DNA from: Ascidiella aspersa
Taxonomy: Eukaryota
Length of the DNA: 64,000 bases
Assembly (NCBI GenBank): GCA_963924565.1
Contig: OZ004608.1
Coordinates: 31,992,001 to 32,056,000, forward strand
Reading direction: 5' to 3'
The translations under genes and the position numbers were made by a program. The notes beneath the pieces were generated by a model, which worked only from the letters and a program-made list of their open reading frames with translations, did no database searches and was not told where the DNA came from. This document shows positions 24,010-35,883 of the stretch, in pieces (positions within the stretch are counted from its first letter, which is position 1; every line of letters starts with the position of its first letter).

Positions 24010-27000
24010 ATGAGCAAGGCACACCCCCCTGAGTTGAAAAAGTAAGATGATATATTGTTGCTTAATGCTAACGACTCGATTAAATTAACTTTTTGTTTTG
24101 TTTGCAGGTTCATGGACAAAAAGCTTGACTGTAAGTAGAATTTACTATTTGTCAGAAACTAACTATCCAATGAATAGCGCTTAGTCGGTTAATGCGTTTA
24201 CCCAATTAAGATTTTGCTGCATAATATCTTTTATGCAGATAGTATTAGCACAACATATCATTTTTGAATAAAAAATACCTTCACACAAAAACATTGGGCG
24301 TTGTTCTAGAATCCTACCACATTTTCGTCCGGGGGTTATATTGCCAACAATATTTGGGTTAGGTGAGAGTTTGAGTGGGTCAAGTATTATTATTATTATG
24401 TTTATTCTTCCATATTTATGCCCTCCTTGCAATTTGAATTTTAACAAATCGTTTTGTTACTGTAAAGTTAAACTAGAGGTGGTCGGATTCTAGACCAGCA
24501 GCAAACGTTGTCATCCACACTGAAGGTAGAATAGACCACAAGCAAAGTAAAATGTGTTTTAAAATAAAAATAAAAAGTTGTTTGGGAACTGGTATAGAAT
24601 CCTACCACTACACACTTTATTTGGGTTGGGGTGTGGGTTAGAGTGGTTTAAGTATTATTATTAAATAATGAATATAATAATACTTGACCCAACCCAGGTT
24701 GGAAAGTTTGGATAAATCCCCCGCGCAGCAGCACCTTCAGCCGCGGTCACAGCCACGCATTTTATAGAAAATGTGTTCAGCCGCGCAAACCTGACTCAAG
24801 CAAACGCGCAAAACTTCAGCCGCGCAAACTTCTGTATGGAACTAAATTACCTAAAAATGAGTAATGCTACTAAAATATAAATACGGGCTTTAACAAACTT
24901 TACTATTTACGAGAAGTATATTAACGTAATAGAAACGTTAGTATGGCTCCTGTTATACTGACGTCACATTTATTCACTCGTGTATGACCGAAAATGTGTC
25001 ACCTTAAATCAGGCCTACACAACTAAAATGGTACAAGGGCCACAACAAGCACAATAAAAATTGGCGGGCCGCATACTGAAGTTGCATAACGTTTTTAAAC
25101 GCTAGTCTATAAGACGTATAGAATATAATGCATCATATAGAATACCCTGCGAAACGCTAAAAATTTTGGTCACGCATCAGTGGACAACAGTCACATGTTT
25201 AGTGACGTCAAATTAGGCAGTATCGAGTAATATTGCACATTAAATGCTACACAATCCAACTTTTTAAATATTTAGCTGCGCCCGCACACCAGACAAAAAT
25301 TGCTCAGTGCTTCAAGCATTCCATGAATGCTGTAAACCTGTAAGTTTATTATTATATCGCAACTTACAACGTTCGGTAGCCTGGTGGTTTATTTTCAGCG
25401 CAAGTTCAAGTCGAAATTTTATTTTCAGCCGCGCATTTTTTCAGCTGCAAAACATCTCCCCCGCGCAATATCCAAAGTTTCCGATCTGGGACCCAACCAC
25501 ACCCAAACGCTAACTCGCACCGTAACACAAATATTGTGCATATTAATTTAATAATTGTGGTACGATTGTAGACCAGCACCTACCTTTTTTAAATTGAAAA
25601 ACTGTTCACACAAAACAATTGTTATTCACAGTGGAGTGAAGAATATAAATAAGCAACAGAGAATAGTTGGTTTGTAATCCAAACATTAACATGCTCTATA
25701 ATTAAAAACTTTTATTTTCTTTCCAGTGAAATTAAATGGTGGCAGACGTATTCAAGGCATATTGAGAGGATTTGATCCCTTCATGAACCTTGTAATAGAT
25801 GAGGGTGTTGCAGTTGGAAAAAGAAAAGACGATATCCCTGAACCTGTAGGAATGGTGGTATGTCATGCTTTTTTGGCTTTATTTTGCTTGAATCAATAAA
25901 CATTTCCATCTAAAAATTTGGCGCAGATCACATTTCGTTGTGGGGTTTATTGCTAACATTGTTTGGGTAGGGTTGCGAGAGTTTGGGTGGGTCAAGTATT
26001 ATTATCATTTTTGTTTATTATCCCATATTTACTTATTTCTTGCTACTTCAATTTTAACAACTTGTTGGTAACTGTAAAAACAAAGTGTTAGGATTCTAGA
26101 CCAGAGCCAAACATTTCCCTACTATCATTTTTGGACTAACAGGTTGGGATTTTACACTCTTTTATTTAAAGCAATATATTTCCTTAACCAACGTTTTGGC
26201 TTACTATACAGCAAGCCTTCGTCAGGGACTGACACACTTAGCTAACAGGACGCGCTTAGATACACTCTTTTTGTGCAACAATAACAAGAAATTGTGTGCA
26301 TCGCACATGGTAAAACATCCTTCGCATTCAATATTTCGATGGACAATCAAAACGGTTTCACAATAATATTTCTCAGGAAAGATTTTGTGCCATGGAAATG
26401 ATAAACGAATGATTTATAAACACTGAAGTGGATAAAAAACCTACACGCAGTTTACCCTGACTGCATTCCATAATTTGTGGCTGCCAAAGATATATATGTG
26501 AAAAAATTTTGTATTGAAATCCTACGCCAAAATAGGACAATAGATACACCAAAAATGATAATTTGTTTTGGTAATTTAACTAGTGTGGCTATATTCCGCG
26601 CTAAATGACATCACTGGCATGATTTTGGTCAAGCATTCCACGCCACAGATCTCTGGCACCAAAGCAGTGGAATGCAATCAGGCAGTATACCAAGACTTTT
26701 CCATTTTCATTTTTCAAATCAAAGTATGATTGGCTTGCTTCATACAGTTATAGGTGACAATTTTTGTTTTTTGCAAATTACCTCATGACTCCTTGGGAAT
26801 GATTTAAAAGCCATCTTTTGAAAAATGTTTATGGTATTATGACTGCACTATGACTCTGTCACAGAAGCAATGAATCTTCAGTACTTTGTCCAAGAGGTTT
26901 CTTATGTCTATTAATATATAAGTTGATTTCTAGTGATCAATAACTCAAATTAAGGTTAATTTAGTTACTAACTTGTTGCCGTAGGAATTTCCAAAAAATG

Positions 27001-28144
27001 TAATTTGATGTTGAGCACATAACTAAATTTCATTTGTCTATCGATGTGTGAAAAACAGGCTGATTTTAAGAGTTTATGTATATACCCAAGTAGTAAGACA
27101 TGCTAACTTATTGAAAAAACAATTTTTTTGGTAGGACAAATTGCCATATGGCATACCAGCGTTTTATACGATTGCATTGAATTTAAGTTTACTTTACTAA
27201 TCAGCACTCAGCACATCATTGTGATTTCAGAAGGTTGTAATTTAATTTTAAAAGTACAGTGCCTCAAAGGTTGTATTTTCTTTTAAAGCAAATCCTCATA
27301 ATTTGCACTTTTTATAAAGACACATTCTTTAGCAAATTCATACAATATTTTCTTCCTACCTTTAAGGCAAAGGGGGACTCTGATAAAAAAAAAACAAGCC
27401 AATCCCGATACAATTTTGAAATGCCTATTTCTAACTCATGGCCCTCAAGCTAAAGTTATTATAAAGATCACTATATTATATTTTTGTTCAGGTTTTTTTA
27501 CATGTCATTCATTAACAAATATAATAATGAAGTTAAACAAGTTCTAAGCAAATTTTTCTATCCTGTCCATAGCATTAATCCTTGCGTATATCCAGGCTGT
27601 TCGCCAGTCTTTACAGTAATTTGGCCCCTTTATGGATATGGTGACCTCTGTCTGCTTCATAATTTTAACTATATAACTAAGCACAATGTTAGGAATTCAA
27701 ATTGTCGTAATTAACTCGATCCCATTTTCAAATGTGTGTTCCATTATGTAATATTTTCAAGTCTTTAGTATTGTGTAATACTTCCAATGACTTGAAAATA
27801 TTACATAAATGGTGAAGTAAAACTTTGGTACTGAAGGCATTAAATTTAAATATCCTTTTAAAACAGCGATCGTGTGGTCTACAGGAAACCATTTCCGTTA
27901 GAAATCTGTAAAAAATACCATTACATTTTTTGCTGCACATTTCGGTGAAAAATGCAAGGAGCCAAAAATTTGGTTCTATTGTACCAAAAAATGCACTTTT
28001 TGGGGCCACTTGAGTGTGGAACTCAACTGTGTACTGTAAACTGTTGACTTTATTATTGCACAATTTTTACTTTGAAACACTTTTTTACTCCAGGTTGTTC
28101 GAGGAAATTCAATTCTCATGATGGAGTCTGTCGATCGGGTTTAG
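24010..28144 (+). CDS. SNRPG: Small nuclear ribonucleoprotein G (SmG), 78 aa; exons 24010-24041, 24108-24130, 25727-25857, 28094-28144
   Basis: [17 protein letters not shown]...[26 protein letters not shown]...[19 protein letters not shown]; AATAAA near 28295. Confidence 0.97.
24297..24502. mobile_element. MITE family A copy in SNRPG intron 2
   Basis: GGCGTTGTTCTAGAATCCTACCAC ... GTGGTCGGATTCTAGACCAGC termini; internal GGGTTAGG. Confidence 0.75.
24585..25580. mobile_element. MITE family A copy split by a nested insertion
   Basis: Left half 24585-24693 and right half 25490-25580 rejoin across the duplicated GACCCAAC. Confidence 0.7.
24694..25489. mobile_element. hAT-like non-autonomous element with perfect 8-bp TSD
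   Basis: TIRs CCAGGTTGGAAAGTTTGGATA / TATCCAAAGTTTCCGATCTGG; TSD GACCCAAC on both sides; subterminal TTCAGCCGCG repeats. Confidence 0.85.
25918..26110. mobile_element. MITE family A copy in SNRPG intron 3
   Basis: Closely similar to 24297-24502 internally; right TIR TAGGATTCTAGACCAGAGCCAA. Confidence 0.7.
26216..27240 (+). mobile_element. Possible heavily decayed piggyBac-like transposase remnant
   Basis: Frame-broken peptides in piggyBac order (YFDGQSKR...[39 protein letters not shown]); similarity judged by eye only. Confidence 0.35.
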
Positions 28145-28435
28145 CAGCTGCTTCACACATCTCAACATATATTCACGACACACCACCGTGGTAGCGATGA
28201 GACGCGTATATTTTTGGCATTTTAAATTGCCCTATTTTTCGCTTGTGTTCGCCGTTTTTTATTGAATTCATTGCCATGCGATTGCGTTTTTATTAATAAA
28301 ACGAATCCTGTAAAGCTGTGAACTGTTTTGAATTTATTTAAACAATATAATTTGATTTATATCATTTTGGTAAACCAGAAGTACAGGACCCTATATGGTC
28401 TGTACCACTCAGCGGTTCTTTTTATTCCTTGCCAT

Positions 28436-28807
28436 CAGGGCTTTGAAGCAGGCCAAAAAGTTAAATTGCTCCAGCTCCGGAGCTTTTTGATACCTCTGCG
28501 CCGGCTCTATTACGTCAAAAACTTGGGTTTAGGGATGAACGCTTAATTTGCATTATCTAGCGTTTCAAAATATTCACAAACAAAACACCACAATGGTTAG
28601 TTAGAAAAGGGGCAACAATTCTTAATTTTTTGAAGGGTTGCTGTTAAATTATGTGAATTCGGCTAATAGTTGCAGCATAGAATCTTATAAAATACATCGG
28701 AGCCGGAGCTATTTTTTAAACAACTGGCTCTAGCTCCATTTGAATTTCACAAAGAGCTCCAGTTCCGGTAGAATACACGGCTCCGGGGCTCCAGCTCCAA
28801 AGCCCTG
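28436..28807. mobile_element. hAT-like MITE with GGAGC/GCTCC subterminal repeats
   Basis: CAGGGCTTTG ... CAAAGCCCTG termini; TSD cttgccat/cttgcaac. Confidence 0.8.
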
Positions 28808-29969
28808 CTTGCAACGCCTTTTAAAAAGTTGGTGGGATTTTTGACGCACCATCGATAGTAGCTGAATTTCACATATTTTCTTTATTTATAATTTTGTGTC
28901 GTAGCATTATAATTGATCGCTGTATGTTTGTAGCAGTTGATAAGAACTTACATGATCGAGACAATAATATTTGCACAAACCATTTGTTACAGTAATGAAG
29001 TTTATGAACCAGGATCATTGTGCAAGTCATTCGTAAAATTCAACCGACAGACCAGGGTGTTGCGACGTTTTAAATGTCCAACTATGCTTCTAAAGCCGAT
29101 GTTTTAATAAGGTAGTAGAAGATTTTGTGCGTTCGACGCAATAAAAGTTCGTTTACGTTGAAAGAAAATTTGATTTAATTATTTAAACGAATATCCACCT
29201 TTTAGATTTGTCTTTTTTTTTGTTAATGTTCGATTTTACGATTTTCGAAAGGTTTGTCAAAAATGCAATAAGCAAAGGTATCATACCGTGCCTGGTACTT
29301 TTGACATTTACTAATATACTAGTGATATAGTCAAGAACACCTATTTTTAGCTTAGCTTTCTTATTTAAAATACAGATAAAGCAATATGGATATTTTATTT
29401 ATTTCTTTATTTTATATCCTAAAACCGTTTTTTACTTTACCCCTGTATGAATGGAAAGAGTCATTCTAGCACTCTAGCAAGATGCTTGGTCCGTCGCTGT
29501 ACAAACGTAATAATCCACTTTTAAATATTATGTTGGCGCCCACGGATGGTTTAATTATTACTAGAAACATCAGAGGGCGGTCACAACTTGTTTGACTTTT
29601 TGGACACCTGGATGAACACACGCGTAGTATTGCATGGGACGAGTAACGATACAACCTATTAAAAGTATCGTTTCCGGTAATAATAAAAATCATCCCGATA
29701 GGGCATCTAATCAAACTATGTTCAGTTTATAAAAAAATGTAATAAATTGTCTTAAGGTCGTGCATTACCAAAAACAAAACATTCATCTGTAATTAGGCTA
29801 TCTAAACATTAAAACGCCGTCGTTCACAGCTTTCCATTTTTATAAACACAATCGTTAACAAAACAATAAAAACAATTGCAAAAATGGAAATATAAATGAC
29901 ATATGTTTTTAAATAATAATTTCACACAAATTCATCGTTTAAAAAAACAATTAAAAAAAAAAATTTCAA

Positions 29970-32900
29970 AACATTCACTAGTGGTAAGCGCCTTGGAATG
30001 CAGTCTAATTGGCGACAAAAAACGCTCGGGGAAAAACGGTCGATTAATTTTACCTTGAGGGAAGCCCTGCTTTTAGATGAGCGACGTGGTAGAGAAAATT
30101 TAGTAAACTGGGAGAGAAAACTTTGGCTGGCCAATTTAGGTTTGTTCTTGCAGTGAAAGGTCTTGTGTCACGTAATCAGATTACAGATATGTTAGTGTGT
30201 AGTTGCTAGTATTTTAGATCTAATATTTTAGGCCGAGTTGGTTTCTGAAATCAAGTAGCACTGACTACATTGAATTTGTTTTAAATTATACAAATATTAT
30301 AGTTGCAGTTTTAAAGGTTTTGTTGGTTACAGTTAGAAAGCGATTTGTTTAGTTAGATTTTAACGTTGAATTCAAGTAGTGGCGTGTATAGGAGCCAGTT
30401 AAACGTGTTAAGGCGTGTACTATTAATTTAAAATAAATTTGAAACCCTTACTCTTGGTCTCAGGTGTATATATATCAAATATGCCGACTACCGTAATATA
30501 CCAATTTACTTTTTGCCAGGAATCTAATTGAGAACTTCGAGGCCGGTTACATCAAAATCCATAGGATATATAGTGTGTTATATCTTTATCTTTGTACGCC
30601 CATTTGTAGAATGCTTTAACAGCAGAGCTGATAAATTTGTGTTGTTTTATCTTAGATTGGTCGACAAATGTGGGACGGAGAGGGTCGCCTGGAAAGAAGA
30701 TGGAAATCGAAAAGGCCACGTTTCTGTTAGAAGGTATGTTTAAAAAAAATCTCAAGACTTAATAAGAATCGGACACTTTAGTGTAAGTTGTTCGCAAGAT
30801 TAAATTTTCTTGTAGCAAACCTAATTAGGCCTACATAAAGGTTACAGACTGTTTTTGTCATTTTAATATAGTTTATTTTTTTAATGACATAATATGTGTC
30901 TAAACGTATTACGCCAATAAACTAAATAATTCCTAATAGTTTTATTTTGAGTTATACAGTACAAATTGCCCTATCCGTTTTTTTTTGTAAATAGGTTGTG
31001 ATTTCTTGCAGATATCTTCGATCAAACACGCCGTACCCTCATCGTTTTACGGATACCAGTGGACTTCGCTACAATTTTGATCTGCATCCGATTACCAAGT
31101 AACTTAATATTTTTTACTGGCTGTAGCGCGCGTCGTCTTCGATTGTAGGGTATTTGATACGTGGAGTTTTAGGTAATGGTCTTTTTCAAACCTCCACAGT
31201 CTAATAAGTGGGTCATTAGAGTAGCATTGGCGTTGAGATGCTGATTTTGTCCCTAAAAGTCGTCGTTGGTCTTAATATGACATTCGGTACGCCAAGTCGA
31301 TGAAATTTGCTTAGGCCTACATAAAGGTTATCTGTAAGGTATAGGTTTCGTGTGCTTAATGTTACGGACGTTATGCGTTTAGTATTGTCGCAAACCGATA
31401 TTTCGCAAGCGTGCGCAACATAACGAACATTCACCTGAATGCTTTTCGTAGTCTTACCATACAATCGAAGTTGACCAGTTATGTATGTACAAAGGTATTA
31501 AAAAGTTTAAAACAGTTAGAATGTTTTTGCTAAAATTTATAACATTTTGGATATTGTAAAAGATCGAATACTGCAAAACTGTGCTACAGCCATTTTTAAA
31601 CTGTAATATGTAACTTTTTCTTTTTGGTTCACGGTCCGCCTAATGTATACTAATTGTAAAAAATGTTTAGAATTTTTTTTTTTTTTGTAATTACTATTTA
31701 ATTTTAAATAATTTCTTTTTCGTTAATTAGAACTTTAAAGTTTTTATAGAATAGCTTGCTGATCATGAACCAAAAATAAAATGAACTGTACTTCTAAAAA
31801 ACTATGGCGTTTATTAACGTGCATAGCATTTTGTGTGTTTTTATGTAAAACGTCGACGCGCTTTCGCTTTCCGAGTTTCGCCTTTGCGTGAATAAATGTA
31901 AAACTTGCGCCTGAAATAAGCAAATAGGGCAGAAGTCGAGACAACATTCAACAACCGAAGAAAAAAGAACAAGACAACAAAAAAGAAGAAGAAAAGGGCT
32001 TTAAGTTCATTTAGTAAGTTAGGCTATTACTTTATACACACACTTTCGGGCAAAATTTCACGATTTTTGTTTTACAGGATGATAGCCTGACCACCATCTT
32101 CACCGAAGAAACGGATCTAGAGCGTCGAATTTAAATCTCCGCTGCCACAGCTGGTAGATAATAATTGTATATACATTACCGTATAGCTTTATATACTTGT
32201 GGGAACTCGTAGTTCATTTAGAAAGGCCATAGCGTTTATCAGATTCAATTAAATTGCCTTTACCACAATAAACGATGCTGTTAACGTTATATCAATCGTT
32301 AAAAAATATGTTTTACACTTCACACGTCTAATTCAAATCATTTTCGATTCAGATACGGACAACTATCATCGAACCAAATGGACTCAGCTTTCAAGCAACA
32401 AGGAGACCTCTTGTAATTTCGGGTCAGACTTCCAGGTGATTATAAACAATACTTTCGTTGCGAAATTTGTTTACTTCGCTAAAGCCGCTTAATACGCTTT
32501 TCTTGGTATACTACGTTGGCTGGCTATATTTGGATGTCACACGAGGTTTTGGGAAAGTTGTCAATTTTTAGCCGAGTAAGAAATCAGTTCAGTGTCTGAA
32601 AGGTAGCATTTTGCATTTTGCTCAATGCTAAGAGCATTCCCAACTTTCCATTTCTTTGCAGGTGCTTAACTGTTGTTTTCTGTTCAGGTTTATTTTCACT
32701 CTTTTTACAGTGTGTAGGGTTGTTTAGGCAAACTTTTAAAAAGCACATTTTTGTAATAATGATGTTATTGGTAATTTTGCAATCAAGACCGATGGTCCTT
32801 CATAATCGAACGGTAATGTATAACTACGAAAAAGGTAATTGTCTCTTTTTTACTTGAACTTATTAAAACTGTAAAAATGATTTACTTATTTTACAGAAAT

Positions 32901-32975
32901 CATACTGCTTGATCTTGCCAAAGTGAAGATGAACGTCGATTAAAGACCTAAAAATATCTAATAAAACAAATAAAA
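29970..32975 (+). ncRNA. Candidate multi-exon lncRNA or small-ORF gene (exons include 30656-30733, 31012-31098, 32078-32153, 32353-32435, 32897-polyA)
   Basis: Series of short GC-richer segments bounded by good acceptors and donors on the + strand, ending at AATAAA 32960-32965; no long spliced ORF could be assembled. The 5' boundary is a guess. Confidence 0.5.
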
Positions 32976-34318
32976 TACAAAAGTGTCGTTTATTGTTGAA
33001 AACTCAAACCTTCTACATTTGTCTGCAATCGTTTTTTACAGACTTTTATGTTTGTCGCGGTGTACCCTTAACATTTATTTAATAAAAAGGAAATAATATT
33101 CGCCTTGTTCGTTTATAACAAGGGTATATTACATTCTAGAAAGATATAATTGATCACCCTATAGGTTGTATGACCCACAAGTCCAACCAAACCCGAACCG
33201 GAGCAACTTTTACTTCGACTGACACCAAACCCGAAACATTTTTTGATAAAAGGAGCCGAACCGGAACTCAACCGAATATTTCGTATATGTTTTGGTTAGG
33301 ACGCGTTGCGGTATCGGTGGCTCCGCTATCGATGTTTGAATGCTAGCAATGTTTTTCCTTTGGTTAGGGCTAGGTGCCGCAGGTTTGTAACTGTAAATTA
33401 AAGGCGGAATAGCATGGTAAAATATTTTCCAACCATGTACGATGGCTAGTTGAATTGTATGACGCGATAGGAAACGTTTGCTGAATATCCTCGTTTTAGT
33501 TGCGTAAAGGGGTAAAATAAATGCTGTAGAATTGAAGACCGACTGCGGACTGGACAAAATTGCACATTTGGCCGTAGTCACAATTGGGACCCTGGTTCAT
33601 TTTTGGCTGCAAAAACGCAGCCCCGGTTTTGGGTTAGATAGGATGTTGTTACGTCTTCGGTTTTATTCCAATTTGTTTCTTTTCGAATTTGATACCGACT
33701 TGTCACAATAGTTGTTGTTGCGTCGACGTGAACCGTTTAGTTTAAGGTCCGAGATATTTCTTTATAATTGTGTGCAAAAACATTGTCTGATTCAATACCA
33801 TAAAAAAGTATAAGTTTACCAGTTTTGGATCCGATCCTGTAATATCGGATATGTGGCAGATAATCGATATTCCCCGTTAATTCTCTGGTAATACACTAAT
33901 TAAACGGTTTATGTGCCTTCAAGAACACTTAGGAAGTTTTGGTCTGAACGCTGACGCATCAACGGTAAGGTACTTTTAAATAGATTATGGGTCTGTATTG
34001 AAGGTGTAATCGAAAGTCAATCTTTTAGAACTGGGTTTATCTTAAAATTACTGGCGATGAAACTTTTATTCGGGGCTGTAGGCGTAGTTAAAATAAGCAG
34101 AGTCCGGCTCCGTCCAAATGGGCGATATCGCAAAGTCCGCGAGGCCGACCCCGACTGTACAGCCCGCGTATGCCATCGAGTGGATCTAGAACAATCAAGT
34201 CCTAAGGGTGTAGTATATCTCATACACCCACATCAAGTGGATGGAAAATATTCAACTATTGTTATTTCCCTTTACGATTATTATCTGTTTGAAACCTTAC
34301 CGGTTTCTAATTTGTTAC

Positions 34319-34330
34319 TGCGCATGCGCA
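34319..34330. promoter_or_regulatory. NRF1-type palindromic site TGCGCATGCGCA
   Basis: Exact match to the NRF1 consensus in a CpG-rich patch. Confidence 0.45.
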
Positions 34331-35883
34331 CGTCGAACTGGGGATTATGGTAGTTTTTGTAGTCTTTTACTAGAGTCCGACACACGCGAAATAATCCGAC
34401 TTCTTAAATCCGACTTTCTTAAGTACCGAGTCTGACCCCGACAGTAGTACTGTTCTTAATATATTAGTGTTGTTATTTTATTAGGCTTCATTACGTTTGT
34501 CCAATAGGATTTATACCAGTAACATAAGTTCCAACCATCCTACATTTCTGTGGTAAACCTTCGGGCTTCCAATACAGTGTAGAATTCATGTGGTCAGTGT
34601 TATCTATAGATTGCAACAAATGTTGCACAAGATGTGTGCGACCAATATCTTGAAGCAATGAAGCAATATTAGCCACATGTCAATAATAAATATTTTATCG
34701 ACAACGCAAAGGAAACAACTTAACTCATGAATGCTGGATTTATTGAAAGCATAAAACCTATTTTTGCGAGTCAACGCAATCACAAAGTTACTGGTATAAT
34801 AGAAGAGTATTATTATTTATGTAATGCAAGGACTTAACATGTATTTATTTTATATTTTAACTAAAAGCTGTTACAATGTTTCGCATACTTTTTTTAATAT
34901 CTGCAAACTGTTGTTGTTAACAAATGGATTATGAAAATACCAAATTTCTACCACGCTCAGAAATGATTCCCTTGTCCTCTATTGTGAATTTATTAAATTG
35001 TTTTTGAACATACGCTCTTTCACATAATTAAGTAAAGTCATTTTTCTTTCGCCGATTTTGTACTAATCTCTATCTGTCACATCAAACACAAACACAAAGC
35101 CTGTTCAGTATTTATATATTGTATTGGGTAATAATAAAAAAAGAACAAAAAAAAAAAGAAGAAAAGAATAACAAATTGCACTCGCTTTAAAACAAGTTGG
35201 GCGATTAGCTATTTATAGTAAAAACAAAAAGAAGAAAACGTGCAACGCAAAATTGAACTATGCTAAACGGCTCACAGTGAAATAATCGTAAACTTAAAAG
35301 AACTCTTTACTCAGTCAATGTCTTAAATTCTGCGAAAGAAAATATGCTAGAACTGCAGTTGTTTTAAATTAATGCGATAAGAGTCACGATCAGAACGGTG
35401 GTTCAAACTGAGTAACGCTATCACGAAAAACTAACCGAGGTTAAACCTAAAGGATTAATTTCGTTTTTAGAGAAACAGCGATAACCAGGTAGATGCAACA
35501 AAAGCAGTGACAGATCGAAATGCAACGATTAATTATATATTTCCATGTTTTGCTGTAAAACCCATTTTAAAGCGACTTCGTAGCAGACAAACTATTGAGA
35601 AAAAGCAATGTACGCCTGCAACTTCAGCCATTGAGCATTTAAAGACAGATTTATAGTGGGCTATCCAGTAGTTGGTCAGCCCAACCGGTCATATGGTCAA
35701 TGTCCCCAGACTTTGCAACTCATCCGGTCAGCTGGTCAGCTCTGTTTTGAGTTGTAAAGCTCCTCAAAGAACTCGCCTTGTGCCTTCTTTCCCGAGCGTG
35801 TCTAACTCCGGTTATTGCGCGTACTGGTACAGTAGTTCGCGATACGAGTAGCGGCCAATCATTCCGACTGGTCAGTCGTTCGG

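Noticed and set aside
30520-30655. Non-canonical GA-AG intron giving a peptide NLIENFEAGYIKIHRLVDKCGTERVAW
   Set aside because: All other introns here are GT-AG, canonical donors exist nearby, and the ORF still terminates early.
31116-31480. RNase P or MRP assignment
   Set aside because: CR-I and CR-V consensus sequences and the P4 pseudoknot could not be matched convincingly.
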